A stretch of 63,820 nucleotides of DNA, the filler included, from Octopus bimaculoides (lineage: Eukaryota), in NCBI RefSeq assembly GCF_001194135.2. It is 5 parts of 5 records of this genome, joined end to end, with 100 filler letters (N's around TTAATTAATTAA, not from the genome) between each part and the next. Parts side by side here need not be neighbours in the genome. Positions count along the whole stretch, not along the records: positions 1 to 26,881 come from NC_068989.1; positions 26,982 to 30,746 come from NW_026367561.1; positions 30,847 to 36,417 come from NC_068995.1; positions 36,518 to 61,493 come from NC_068984.1; 1 more part is not named here. One strand, 5' to 3'. The notes below the pieces were generated by a model, which worked only from the letters and a program-made list of their open reading frames with translations, was not told the origin of the DNA and did not search any database. The position numbers and the translations under genes were made by a program. This document shows, one piece after another, positions 25,070-39,129 of this stretch (positions within the stretch are counted from its first letter, which is position 1; each line of letters begins with the position of its first letter).

Positions 25070-25970
25070 ATGTCAAAATGTGGTACCTTTCTGATTTCTA
25101 AAGAGGTTAAATTACTGGAGCGCGGATGGTTGTTGCTTCAGGCACTGGAGAGTTACGGTCACTAAAATGATGTTGCCATTACAAAACTAAGGTAAAACTA
25201 GCTCTTGGCAGAAAACAAAACTCACAGAAAAGAACCGCAAAATAGTGAAACGTATTGTCTGAAATACTCCGAACTATGATAGAAGAGCTAAGCCACCACC
25301 TTACTGACCCTCTGTCAACTAAACTCGTTCATCGGGAACGCCACCATTAGAGGTCTACCCCTATCAACACTGATAAGAGGGTAAAATGGTATCTAGTCTA
25401 TCATATGTGGTTAACAGTTCAATGGAACAGTGTCAACTTCGCTGATGAATCTTCATTCCTCCTTTTTCTCGCTTCGGGGCGAGTTCACATCAAGTTGTAG
25501 CCTAAAAAGGCCTTCAACCGTGACTGTTCGGCCCCTACCCTGAAACATGGAGGCGGCTCTGTGATGAGTTGTGTAGTCATATCACAGAATTCTCTTGCAC
25601 CTACATAATAGTGTTAACACCAAGGATTTTGAGTATTTCGGTTGATCATATCCATCTTGTGATGCAGATAATGTTTCCTGCTGGTTGTGCAATTTTCCAG
25701 GATCATAATATGCCAACTTACACAGTTATTGTTATTCAAAATTAGTAAGAAACGCACAAAAGTGAAGTAGACTACTAGAATTCCTCACCCTTGCTCCAAT
25801 CACTGGATCACAATGTAATTGAAAATTTGCGGTGCATTTTGGAATAACAAGTGAGAAGACGCTTCCTCTGCTATTGTCACTGAAATAGCTAGAGCAGGGT
25901 ATGCATAAAGATTAGCTAAAAATTCGTCTAATAACTTGTATATGTTCATAACTTGTACCAGTTAGTTCTT
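25070..25970 (+). pseudogene. Tc1-like transposase remnant
   Basis: WNSVNFADESSF, PTLKHGGGSVM, FQDHN and SLDHNVIENL match the Tc1 DDE motifs. Multiple stops and frameshifts. Confidence 0.8.
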
Positions 25971-26423
25971 CAACACATTAAAGTTGTGAGTGATGCCAAA
26001 ATTGAACTAAGTATGTCTTAAACGATTAAACTTCTATTGAACCATGTTCCAATTATTTTGTCTGTCTGTCTGTCCGTCTGTATGTATGTATGTATGTATA
26101 TAGGTACGTGTGTGTATGTATATATGCATACATATGAATATGATGCATACATATTTACGTACACACACACACATTATTATACTCACAATCATATTATTAT
26201 ATGTATATATAGTTCTGATGTGTGTATGAGTATATGTGGGTATGCATGGGTGTGTGTGGGTACGTATGTATTTATGTATAGATGAATGAATTTGTATATA
26301 AAATTATGTATGTATACATTAACATTACGTGCTTGACTCGAATCGAATCGCTAGTCTATGACTATATTTAAACACTGTTAGAACTATTCGCTAATGTGCC
26401 CCGACAATGGATATGTAAGATTA

Positions 26424-26755
26424 AATTAAAAGCAGCGGTAGTATTGTAAACACTATCGATCGCACATACTCAATATATTTGTTTCGTTTGTTCGCCAGAT
26501 TCGCTGTGGTAGAGCTCTTGGGGACGACTCCCTCTGGAAGTCACAAAAATGGCGAAATGTGTATCCACCACTCCTGAATTCGATCCGAGGCGAGTTGTCT
26601 CGCTTGTCTATGACTTTCAGGTGTTTTAACACCCAGCGTTATGGAGGAGCCATCTTCCCAGGCGTTAGACTGCAGCAAATCCGGCGAACAAACAAAACAC
26701 ATACTTGGTGTATGTGCGCTCAGTAATGTTTACAACACTAACGCTGCATTTAATT
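26424..26755. mobile_element. MITE with ~83-bp terminal inverted repeats
   Basis: 26424-26506 is the reverse complement of 26673-26755 with scattered mismatches. Confidence 0.75.
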
Positions 26756-26925
26756 CGTTATTGAATATCTATATATAAATATATGTGTGTGTGTGCGTGT
26801 GTATGTGTACGTGTGTGTGTATATATATAACATATACAAATATATATACATACATACATATATATGTATGTGCGTATATATNNNNNNNNNNNNNNNNNNN
26901 NNNNNNNNNNNNNNNNNNNNNNNNN

Positions 26926-26937
26926 TTAATTAATTAA
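26926..26937. other. Artificial scaffold linker TTAATTAATTAA (also at 30791-30802, 36462-36473, 61538-61549)
   Basis: An identical 12-mer with stops in all six frames is centred in N runs four times. Confidence 0.9.
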
Positions 26938-26980
26938 NNNNNNNNNNNNNNNNNNNNNNNNNNNNNNNNNNNNNNNNNNN

Positions 26981-27125
26981 NGAGAGAGAAGAGTCAGAGA
27001 GAGAAGAGTCAGAGAGAGAAGAGTCAGAGAGAGATGAGCGAGAGAGAGAAGAGTCAGAGAGAGAAGAGTCAGAGAGAGAAGAGTCAGAGAGAGATGAGCG
27101 AGAGAGAGAAAAGTCAGAGAGAGAT
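26981..27125. repeat. GA-rich 18-20-bp tandem repeat (GAGAGAGAAGAGTCAGA), followed by (GATA)n/(GA)n to ~27640
   Basis: Seen directly. Confidence 0.85.
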
Positions 27126-27369
27126 TATATGCGTATACGGTCATACGGATGGACAGTGGGACAAGGAAAGTTGGATTGATGCATAGAGAGATATTATAGA
27201 GAGAAGAGCTTATAGAAAAACAAAGATAGCTAGCTAGAGAGAAAGAGAGAGGAGGAGAGAGAGGGGGACAGAGATACAGAGGGAGAGGGAAAAGTAAGAG
27301 AGAATGAGCTTGATATTAGACAGTCTTAAAGAGAGATAGTAAGAGAGAACGAAAGTCGGATAGATAAAT

Positions 27370-27404
<35 letters not shown>

Positions 27405-27453
27405 ATAAGAGATGGATAAATGGGTAGTTTGATAGATAGACAGATAGATAGAT

Positions 27454-27518
<65 letters not shown>

Positions 27519-27529
27519 GATAGATAGAT

Positions 27530-27560
<31 letters not shown>

Positions 27561-27784
27561 GATAGATAGATAGATAGATAAATAGAGAGATAGATAGATA
27601 GATAGAGAGATAGATAGATAAATAGATAGATAGATAGAAATTTTAATATAAATTTAAGTGATGTTTCTCTGTCCGTTACGCTTTTATGTTCGTTAACTCC
27701 TCCTAGTCCCTTGGTGTAAGGACAACGAAGCTCAAACCAGCATTTCCCCTAATCTTAAGGGGGCACTGACAATGAATTTCATAC

Positions 27785-27822
27785 CTTGAACTCCCAGGGA
27801 GTATCGTAAGGAGGTTCAATTT
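27785..27822 (-). CDS. Candidate coding exon (xEIEPPYDTPWEFK), possibly extending to an ATG at 27952
   Basis: Unique, GC-richer sequence with acceptor CCCTTCAG|AA and donor AAG|GTATGA. The YDxPWE motif recalls SHB/SHF-type adaptor tyrosine motifs. No partner exon was found. Confidence 0.3.
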
Positions 27823-28765
27823 CTGAAGGGCCGTTGAAATAGGGCCCCACTAACCCCGCTATTTTTACTGCATTTACCTCACTCCGACGCTTATTGATTA
27901 AACCATGACCAGCATCCGTGCTTAACCCATTTGCGGAAATAAGTTTGGGCATTCTAAAGACCTTCACGTACCTTCAAATCGCGAGAACGTGTTCTAACAG
28001 GTACGTTTCAGCTGTGGTAGCGTGGATATTTATATTTTGTAGTTTATGAAACTTATGTCAAGATGTAAAACTAATCTTCCTGTTCCAGTTACATATTGGT
28101 GTTTGGGCCTAGAGTTTTTTTTTCCTACCTGAATACCCTACAATATTCCCAGCTAGTCTGAACACCAAACTTCAGCTAACCTGAACGGCGCCTAAGGAGC
28201 GGCTTCAAGGCTAGAAACATAGCTGTAAGTCTTACAGGAAGCTGTAGGTGAGACTAGAAACCAGCTGGATGTCTATCGTTAGACCTGGCAGAAAGCGGTC
28301 CAGGGGTTGACACACTGATACACTGTTACAGAGATGGAATTCACGTTACATGTTGAATGAACAACAGGTTAATGGGGGGGTATGGGGTTTAGGTATGGGT
28401 GGGAGTGAAGTATAGGTACTGAGTGTAAGGGTCTGGGTGTGTGTGGATATATGTCGGGTGGGGAGTTTAGAATGGGGTATTGGGTAATTAATACCAGGAG
28501 ATGCATATACAATGAATGTGTCTGTGTCTATGGCCGGGCCGAAGTGGGGTCTGATAGTGGGGCCGAAGGTCTCAAAGGTGCTCTCCGCACGAGACAAACA
28601 AAATGTCGCACGAAGGGCGGCTTCAAGGTTGCTACATCAATACATACATACATACATACATACGTACATATATATATATATATATACATGCATACAGACA
28701 TACATGCATGCATACATACATGCAATACATATACATACAAACCTGGACACACATGTTTCAGATTT

Positions 28766-28825
<60 letters not shown>

Positions 28826-29920
28826 TTATATATGTATGCATATATATAGATCTATATAAGCATGTATNNNNNNNNNNNNNNNNNNNNNNNNNNNNNNNNN
28901 NNNNNNNNNNNNNNNNNNNNNNNNNNNNNNNNNNNNNNNNNNNNNNNNNNNNNNNNNNNNNNNNNNNNNNNNNNNNNNNNNNNNNNNNNNNNNNNNNNNN
29001 NNNNNNNNNNNNNNNNNNNNNNNNNNNNNNNNNNNNNNNNNNNNNNNNNNNNNNNNNNNNNNNNNNNNNNNNNNNNNNNNNNNNNNNNNNNNNNNNNNNN
29101 NNNNNNNNNNNNNNNNNNNNNNNNNNNNNNNNNNNNNNNNNNNNNNNNNNNNNNNNNNNNNNNNNNNNNNNNNNNNNNNNNNNNNNNNNNNNNNNNNNNN
29201 NNNNNNNNNNNNNNNNNNNNNNNNNNNNNNNNNNNNNNNNNNNNNNNNNNNNNNNNNNNNNNNNNNNNNNNNNNNNNNNNNNNNNNNNNNNNNNNNNNNN
29301 NNNNNNNNNNNNNNNNNNNNNNNNNNNNNNNNNNNNNNNNNNNNNNNNNNNNNNNNNNNNNNNNNNNNNNNNNNNNNNNNNNNNNNNNNNNNNNNNNNNN
29401 NNNNNNNNNNNCATATGTATATACAAACATATATATTAATATATATGTATATATATATATGAATATGTGTTTATATATATATATATGGACACACACATAT
29501 ATACATACACATACAAATATGTTTATGGATATATGTCTGTCTATGCGTGTGCGCCTGAGTGTGTGTGTGTATGTGAATATGTATATATGTGTGACAATGT
29601 GTAATTGTAAGTTTTTATTAGTAATATCATTGACAATATTTTGATAATCTGTAAATATTATGAAAAATATAGAAAGAACTCGATACAAAGAGAAGAGTAA
29701 TTCATTTGTGTATATAGAGTAAGACGATTTAAATTACTGAGCGTGTGAACATCCGTACCAAGATGTCGAACTTCAGCGCTCGATTATTTCCGAATTGTAT
29801 AGACAATGTAATGAATAGATATGCTTTAGAATTTCCGTAACTATGAAGGCAAATAACTTTAATTTAGGAGAGATGACCTCTTTGTCCAGCACGTGAAAAT
29901 TAACTTGTAATTAAAGGAAG

Positions 29921-29980
<60 letters not shown>

Positions 29981-30399
29981 TCACACACACGCACACATAC
30001 AGATATACACAAACACACTCTCATACACATACATACACACACACGCATACACATTCACATAAACATACACACACATACATATACACGCATACACACACAC
30101 ACAGGCATGCACACATATACAGAGGCATACACACATACACACGCACACATTCAGACACACACACATACACAGACACACACATGCACAGACACATACGTAT
30201 ACGCGGACACACACACACTCTCATACACACACACGCATACACACACAGGCATGCACTCACACAGATACACACATACACACATAGACACACACACATTCAG
30301 ACATACACACATACACAGACACACACACAGATACACAGACGCATGCATACTCACACACGCATACACACATACACAAACACAGACACAATACTTTTTGTA

Positions 30400-30482
30400 T
30401 TATTGCCCTCGAAATTGTTCGTATTTCATCGATCCCGAAAGTTTGAGAGGCAAAGTCGACCCCGGCGCAGTTTGAACTCAGA
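30400..30482 (-). mobile_element. SINE family A fragment
   Basis: GGCAAAGTCGACCCCGGCGCAGTTTGAACTCAGA. Confidence 0.65.
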
Positions 30483-30572
30483 NNNNNNNNNNCCTCGGTG
30501 TCGTAGGTAAAGTGGCTGGTATATTTTCATCAGTGCCGCTCACATAGTAACGAATAGGGTTACAATGCAGGG

Positions 30573-30746
30573 ATTTTGTTGTTGTTGGCACTCCGTCGCT
30601 TACGACGTCGAGGGTTCCAGTTGATCCGATCAACGGGACAGCCTGCTCGTGACATTAGCGTGCAAGTGGCTGAGCACTCCACAGACACGTGTACCCTTAA
30701 CGTAGTTCTCGGGGGAGATTCAGCGTGACACAGTGTGACAAGGCTG
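30573..30746 (-). mobile_element. SINE family C, 3' part
   Basis: Reverse complement of 34265-34430. It runs into a gap. Confidence 0.85.
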
Positions 30747-30846
30747 NNNNNNNNNNNNNNNNNNNNNNNNNNNNNNNNNNNNNNNNNNNNTTAATTAATT
30801 AANNNNNNNNNNNNNNNNNNNNNNNNNNNNNNNNNNNNNNNNNNNN

Positions 30847-30879
<33 letters not shown>

Positions 30880-31232
30880 CATGTATGTATCCATGCATGT
30901 ATGTATGTATGCATGTCTGTATGTATAATTCAAAAATTAAGCAGAAGCACAAGAGAGGAACGAACGAAAGATTCACATTCGAAACATGGGCGCGCTCGTT
31001 CCTCGTCAGCTATCGCTATACCCATATGTATGTGTGTATGTGTGTACGTGTCTCTGTGAGTGTGTGTGTGTGTGTACGTATGTGTACAAACATTCATACA
31101 CAGATTCTCACGCTACCATATGTATAAATAAATATATACATATAAGTATGTATGCGTATGTATTAGCAAACACTCATACACTTTAAGTGGTGAACGCATG
31201 TATGTTTGCATATATGTATGTGTGTACATGTG

Positions 31233-31274
<42 letters not shown>

Positions 31275-32853
31275 TGTGTGTGTGTGTATCTATATACGAA
31301 CTCACCCAGGTGACTGTATTTTGGGGAGGGTGTACGTGTGGTTACACTTTAGCAATTTTTTTCTTTTAGTTTTGCACTCCTCCCACCACCACCACCGCCA
31401 CCACCACCAAGTTTCTTTTGATCCGCTGTTTTAAAGATCTTTCTTTATCTTACAGCGAGATCAGTTGTGTTAACACAAACTTGCGTATANNNNNNNNNNN
31501 NNNNNNNNNNNNNNNNNNNNNNNNNNNNNNNNNNNNNNNNNNNNNNNNNNNNNNNNNNNNNNNNNNNNNNNNNNNNNNNNNNNNNNNNNNNNNNNNNNNN
31601 NNNNNNNNNNNNNNNNNNNNNNNNNNNNNNNNNNNNNNNNNNNNNNNNNNNNNNNNNNNNNNNNNNNNNNNNNNNNNNNNNNNNNNNNNNNNNNNNNNNN
31701 NNNNNNNNNNNNNNNNNNNNNNNNNNNNNNNNNNNNNNNNNNNNNNNNNNNNNNNNNNNNNNNNNNNNNNNNNNNNNNNNNNNNNNNNNNNNNNNNNNNN
31801 NNNNNNNNNNNNNNNNNNNNNNNNNNNNNNNNNNNNNNNNNNNNNNNNNNNNNNNNNNNNNNNNNNNNNNNNNNNNNNNNNNNNNNNNNNNNNNNNNNNN
31901 NNNNNNNNNNNNNNNNNNNNNNNNNNNNNNNNNNNNNNNNNNNNNNNNNNNNNNNNNNNNNNNNNNNNNNNNNNNNNNNNNNNNNNNNNNNNNNNNNNNN
32001 NNNNNNNNNNNNNNNNNNNNNNNNNNNNNNNNNNNNNNNNNNNNNNNNNNNNNNNNNNNNNNNNNNNNNNNNNNNNNNNNNNNNNNNNNNNNNNNNNNNN
32101 NNNNNNNNNNNNNNNNNNNNNNNNNNNNNNNNNNNNNNNNNNNNNNNNNNNNNNNNNNNNNNNNNNNNNNNNNNNNNNNNNNNNNNNNNNNNNNNNNNNN
32201 NNNNNNNNNNNNNNNNNNNNNNNNNNNNNNNNNNNNNNNNNNNNNNNNATAAATTCTCCTTCTTTTTTCTCTTCTATGTTTGTTTTTGTTGTTTTTGTGT
32301 TTTTCTTTATGTGTTTTCCTTTCGTATCGAGGAGGAAAATAATTCCAGAAAATATTTGTTGTGTAGCAAAAAAGTAAATATTATTGTTATAAAAATTAAT
32401 TGAGGAAGGTTTTAAAAGGTGTTAGAAACTTACAAACTTTTAAACAAACAGGCAGTCAGCCAGATGAAATGTCTGTTCGTCAGGTAAGTATATAGACATG
32501 CGTATATGTAATGTATGTATGTACGTACGTATGTATGTATGCACGTACGTATGTACGTATGTACGTATGCATGAATGTATTATATAAGTATGCATGTATA
32601 TATGCATGTATGCATGGATGGATGTATGTATGTATGTATGTATATATCTATGTATGTATGTATGAATGTATGTATGTATGTACTTACGTATGTATGTATG
32701 TATGAATGTATGTATGTATGTAAGTATGTATGTATGTATGCATGTATGTATGTTGTACGTATGTATGAATGTATATATGTATGTATGTTAGCATTCATGT
32801 ATTTATATATGGAAGTAATGTTGTTAGTGATATAGGCATATATGTGCACTCGC

Positions 32854-32887
<34 letters not shown>

Positions 32888-32890
<3 letters not shown>

Positions 32891-32966
32891 CGCAGGAGTG
32901 GCTGTATGGTAAGTAGCTTGCTTGCCAAATACATGGTTGAGGGTTCAGTCACACTGCATGGCACCT
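32888..32966 (+). mobile_element. SINE family B head only
   Basis: GCGCAGGAGTGGCTGTATGGTAAGTAGCTTGC...GGGTTCAGTC. Confidence 0.75.
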
Positions 32967-33182
32967 CTACTAATACAGCTAGTATATTAATATTTATATA
33001 TACGTATATACATGCATATGTACCAATATATCAATATATATATTTATACATAGTTACATGCATTCATACATATAAACATATATACATGCAGAGAGATAAA
33101 GATATTTATTTATGTATACTTACATACGTAAGTGTGAGTGAGTGCATCTGTATGTACGAAATTCATATACATAGATATATTC

Positions 33183-33342
33183 TTTCCTGCTCTAGGCACA
33201 AGGCTTGAAATTTTGGAGGAGGGGGCCAGTCGATTAGATCGACCACAGTACGCAACTGGTACTTAATTTATCAAACCCCGAAAGTATGAAAGGCAAAGTT
33301 GACCTCGGTGGAATTTGAATTCAGAACGTAAAGACTGACGAA
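33183..33342 (-). mobile_element. SINE family A, 5'-truncated
   Basis: Reverse complement of the consensus core and tail. Confidence 0.8.
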
Positions 33343-33956
33343 CATATATTATATGTTTATACAGTCTGTACTGTTGCGCACAAACTTCATCAGCTGCCAG
33401 CGAGAGATCATATTGGTTTCGGCACTTTCTGACAATATCCCTCACTCCAGTGATTCAACGTAACATTGATAATACTTGGAATTAGTGGAGTTACTTTGGT
33501 CCCTACAGTCATTCGTTTTTCCTCCTATACTCCTTGTCCTCACCACATCAATCCTCATGTAGGCTTAATGTCTTTAACTATTTACCAAATATTTGTATTA
33601 CTCCTCCATGAGAATTTTCATGGCGGTCTCAACTTTAATCGTCTCACATACTTCTGTCACAAAAGATTTTCTGCTTCCCTCTCCAGATTAAAAATCTCAA
33701 CACTGCTACTTTTACTAAATTCAGTGCATGTGAACCTAACCATTAGTACATGACGTCACACATCTACTAGAAGCAGCATGCATTTACATCGTCGTACCTC
33801 ACCCGATCCTCCAAAGTCTATCGTATTTTAGTTGTGACTTCTCAGGTGCCCACATACCTCTCCATGTCACAAACACCTTTACAACAGAAAGGAACATGAG
33901 GAAATAGACAGAGATAATAAAAAAAACTTTAGGAGCTAGCGATATATATCTATATC

Positions 33957-34023
<67 letters not shown>

Positions 34024-34108
34024 NNNNNNNNNNNNNNNNNNNNNNNNNNNNNNNNNNNNNNNNNNNNNNNNNNNNNNNNNNNNNNNNNNNNNNNNNNNNN
34101 NNNNNNNN

Positions 34109-34430
34109 TCCCAGACCGGGCGTTGTGAGTGTTTATTGAGCGAAAACACCTAAAAGCTCCACGAGGCTCCGGCAGGGGCTGGTGGCGAACCCTGCTGTAC
34201 TTTTCCACCACAACTTTCTCTCACTCTTACTTCCTGTTTCTGTTGTGCCTGTAATTCAAAGGGTCAGCCTTGTCACACTGTGTCACGCTGAATATCCCCG
34301 AGAACTACGTTAAGGGTACACGTGTCGGTGGAGTGCTCAACCACTTGCACGTTAATTTCACGAGCAGGCTGTTCCGTTGATTGGATCAACTGGAACCCTC
34401 GACGTCGTAAGCGACGGAGTGCCGACAACA
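34109..34430 (+). mobile_element. SINE family C (head lost in gap)
   Basis: Matches 46389-46710 and ends in an ACA-rich tail. Confidence 0.85.
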
Positions 34431-36162
34431 ATACAATATACATACGTAGGTTTGTATATATCAAGATTTTGATTTAATCACACCGTCTTACCACGGTGGT
34501 ACAAAGTGATTGATGACTATTTAACTATGCGTCTTTCACATGTGAGCTTCTTTTCAACATTCTTAGGATGGAACAGGATTAATCTACTGTAAAAATTATA
34601 TCTGTTTTTCTTAATCAACACAAGAATAAATACATATCATATAGCACGCAAGCGAAACTTTTGATATCCTGAAATGACCTTCTCTCCGAGAGAAAAACAT
34701 ACAAACTTCCAGTACAGACGAATCTGAATGAGCAGCTTAGATAACTTCAGTAGTGAAATATTCTCCGGAAGTGACGTGCCGCTAAAGAAAAAATAATCTG
34801 GTTGTGTTTTAGACAAAAGAACGGCTGTAAAATGTGTTTCTACCGCAATAAGCGTCATCAGGACATTAATTATTCTATGTTGACTGCAGCAGACGTAATA
34901 CTTAGACATATACAAAAAGAACATGTATGGGTGTGTACGTGTATATGTGTATATTATTTTGTGTGTGTTTGTATGCATGTGTATGTTCATGTGTGTGTGT
35001 GCGTATTTATTCGAAGCAAAAGCTTCACTATGTCACTAACTTCCTATATTTTAGCGCTCCCCCTCTCAGTTTTTTTGTCCAGTGTTGCTGTCACCCTCCC
35101 TCTCTCTCCCTCTTCCTCTCTCCCTCTCAGTATCTCTCTCTCCCTCTCAGTATCCCTCTCTCCCTCTCTCTGTCCAAGTCTTCCTTTCTCTTCTCTCACC
35201 CAACTTCCTCCTCTCGCCCTCTTTATCTCTTCCTCTCTCGCTCTCTTCCCTATCTTACATTACATGAACACACACATACACACACACACAAACACACGGA
35301 TACACATACACACACACACACACACAAACAAACAAACAAACAAACAAACATACATACACACACATTCTGACTCAATTAATATTCACTCGATGGCATGCGC
35401 CAAATAAATGGCGACAATTATAACCACGCCACCAACACCACCACCACCACCACCACCACCNNNNNNNNNNNNNNNNNNNNNNNNNNNNNNNNNNNNNNNN
35501 NNNNNNNNNNNNNNNNNNNNNNNNNNNNNNNNNNNNNNNNNNNNNNNNNNNNNNNNNNNNNNNNNNNNNNNNNNNNNNNNNNNNNNNNNNNNNNNNNNNN
35601 NNNNNNNNNNNNNNNNNNNNNNNNNNNNNNNNNNNNNNNNNNNNNNNNNNNNNNNNNNNNNNNNNNNNNNNNNNNNNNNNNNNNNNNNNNNNNNNNNNNN
35701 NNNNNNNNNNNNNNNNNNNNNNNNNNNNNNNNNNNNNNNNNNNNNNNNNNNNNNNNNNNNNNNNNNNNNNNNNNNNNNNNNNNNNNNATATATATATCTA
35801 CATATATATATGTAAATATATATATACATACACGTGTATATGCCTTTGTCTTTCTATATGGATATGTAAGCGTATGTGTCCCTGCATACATACACACCCA
35901 TACACACACATTCACACACGCACAAACACACACATAAACACACACCCACACCCAAACACACATATTATATATATAATATATATATCATTTATGATATATC
36001 TTGTGTAAATTGTGTGTGTATATATACATGTATATATATATATCATCTATATATGAACATAACACACGTATACTACACTCATATGTTTGTATAGGTTTAT
36101 ACATATGCATGTGCGTGTGTGTGTGTGTGTGTGTATATAGAGAGAGACAGACAGAGAGTCAG

Positions 36163-36228
<66 letters not shown>

Positions 36229-36362
36229 GTGATCGTACAAATATCATGATTATATGCAAGCAAGAATCAAGTGACGGAGAGACATGGAAAGAATGGAAGG
36301 AAGAGACTGGGAGAGAGACCAGCCGATATACAATTATATAAATGTGTGTGTGTATGTGTGTG

Positions 36363-36417
<55 letters not shown>

Positions 36418-36517
36418 NNNNNNNNNNNNNNNNNNNNNNNNNNNNNNNNNNNNNNNNNNNNTTAATTAATTAANNNNNNNNNNNNNNNNNNNNNNNNNNN
36501 NNNNNNNNNNNNNNNNN

Positions 36518-36548
<31 letters not shown>

Positions 36549-37080
36549 TATGTGTGTGGTGAATTTTGGGAGGATTGCTTTTTTTTGTCAATTGTCATGT
36601 TATCCAGCTGAAGAAATTAGACTCTATCAAAATTGTTTTGGAATGTTATTAAATGTGTGTGTTTGTGTGTGTGTGTTCAATACTCGTCACCGGGACATAA
36701 CCATTGATGTTAGTGGGTTGGAATTAAGATTGTATGACCTACATAGGTGGGCTATTGTCTATAAGGACAGCAGGGAATAAGATACCTTAACCGTATATAT
36801 GGGTTGGCATAGAGTGATGTTTCCGGTTGTCAGCGGCCAAGGGCTTGAAATTCATTAACAAGGTGTACCTGTGTAGGGAGCAATAAGAATGTGCTGTTAG
36901 GGAAGAGGATGGAAGATGTACAAGACAGGAATAGTGGATGGAGGATTGCTAAAAGAACGGGTGAAGAACCAGAGGAATGCTAATGGAGGTGCGTAGTCGA
37001 GGGTTCACCGGTGTTTACCGTTGCAAGGCCTACGGAACCCTTGTATATTACAGGAGTGAGCACAACGTCAACGCTGTACA

Positions 37081-37336
37081 CATACACACACACACACATA
37101 CACACACACTAACAAACAAATACACACTCGCAAACAAACACACACACACACACACACATAAACACACATACACATAAACACACACACACTAACAAGCAAA
37201 CAAACACACACACAAACACATGAACAAACACATACATACACACAAACACACACACATACACATACACACACACTAACAAACAAACAAACACACACTCGCA
37301 AACAAACACGAACAAATACACACACACACACACACG

Positions 37337-37392
<56 letters not shown>
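37081..37392. repeat. Degenerate (CA)n/(CAAA)n array
   Basis: Seen directly. Confidence 0.9.
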
Positions 37393-37395
<3 letters not shown>

Positions 37396-39129
37396 CAAGT
37401 ATGTGGCTTCTTTGTCCGGCTCTTTCTTCGCAAGTCTTACCACGACAGACTAATTGATCTCAGAAGTTTTCTTTGTGCAATACGGAACTATGCTACACGC
37501 AAAATACTTTGATCAGTCAAATCGCCTCCGTCGTCACACAAACACTTATACACTATTAACAAAACGATTTACAATTTAACGGGGCAACACCCATTTCTCC
37601 AAACATGCATCTCACTTGTTCTACAGTCTTTAGTCTTTACTGGCTGTTCCTAATACAAGAACGGGTTTCGATTTTTCAAGTAAACCATTTTCCACTCATT
37701 TTACTGATCAGTTAATTTTCGTTTAGTTTTTATGTTACTTTTTATTAAACGGCTTTATTGTTTCACACACCACCACAGACTGTTAGCAATGCTTGTTCTT
37801 TCTCTACAGTGAGTCACTTCTGCTTTGATTGTTCTCATATTAAGAGTAGACACAGACTTCCATGTCTACTGTATGTTGTCTTCTACCTTTCCACATTATT
37901 ATTTCCTTCAAGTGATCGATTCTTTCCGATGACAAGTTAACGGCGATAGTGTAGTTTTTAACTGTTCCAGTCATCTTACCAATCTTCGTCTTTTGACATG
38001 TGCACTCCAAGGAGATTTCTGTAATAAATCATCTCCTTTAGAACCGAACCTGTAACATCTCTGCCTAGAAAAGGTGTTATTTCTTGCAACGATGCTACTT
38101 TTGGCAACATCGTGATGGCATTACATTGTTGTCTAACTACACAGATCTACTCCAGTTATATTTTCATGAGTCAAAATGGTAGAAATTTCTGGAATTATCT
38201 CATTTTGATATAAATAAACCTTGATACTTACATCTCATTTGAGACTGACTTAATAGAGTCGGAGGCTATTCCTGTCGATTAGTTCATGAACAGACGATTC
38301 TCTCGCAACTCGTTAACATGACATAAAAGTAGACAATACAGTTAATGCTCATTTTTAAGTCACCGGGACTGAATTTTTCTCCAACAGATTTTTAACAGCT
38401 TTCCGATTTAATTGAGTAACGAGAATAAATACTCACGTTGATTTGAGAGCCTAACGTTGTCATCTTATTCATTCGTCTATAAACTTTCAACGCCTTTTCG
38501 TTACAATTCTATAAACATTTTCTTTCTAGTAACATTACGAAAACTGATAAGGAAGCTAAACTTGCAACCTTACTAACAAGGAATCAAAGTATTCTGCTTA
38601 GGTTTTTGAGACAGATGATACAATTCAAATTTTAGCTGCAAGATATCCGCCTCCCATTATTTTAATAGACTATCGACCCTACTTCTTAGCTACCTTTAAA
38701 CGCAGGCTTATTTATCTCCAGCCGAAATTGCAAGGATAATCTGGATCTCGACTGAAGAGAGAAAACTCCGAATGACCTGTCCGTGTTTTCCTTGTATCGT
38801 CTATCTGGATGTTTTGTCCCTTTCGAGTATCACCTAACTGTCTGGATGTTTTGCGTCCTTGTCCCATTTTGAATTATTTATACATAAAAATTAATTAGAA
38901 TTAACGTCTAAATTTGATTCAATTAATAAAAGAATTAAACAGTTTATTAATCTTCTTTGGAAAAACAATCTTCTACTAATATATTAGTTCAGCAATTTAC
39001 ACAGAAAGCATCACTATAAATTCATACAATTTAGCATCGCTGAATTTTACCATTCATTTTACCCTTTTAATGAAAGTCTTACACTTTAGCCACGGTTATA
39101 CCCACAACTTTGATTTGGACATAGATACT

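Noticed and set aside
26926-26937. TTAATTAATTAA islands inside N runs (4 occurrences)
   Set aside because: They are an assembly linker, not biological sequence.
27909-28006. Plus-strand exon ending at CAG|GTACGT (28000)
   Set aside because: The upstream acceptor is weak, the frames are short, and the peptide is unrecognisable.
33343-33780. Possible LINE RT remnant
   Set aside because: No diagnostic motif could be read in any frame.
38752-38785. CTGAAGA-GAG-aaaa-CTC-CGAAT hammerhead-like string
   Set aside because: GAAA is broken and there is no convincing stem I or stem III.
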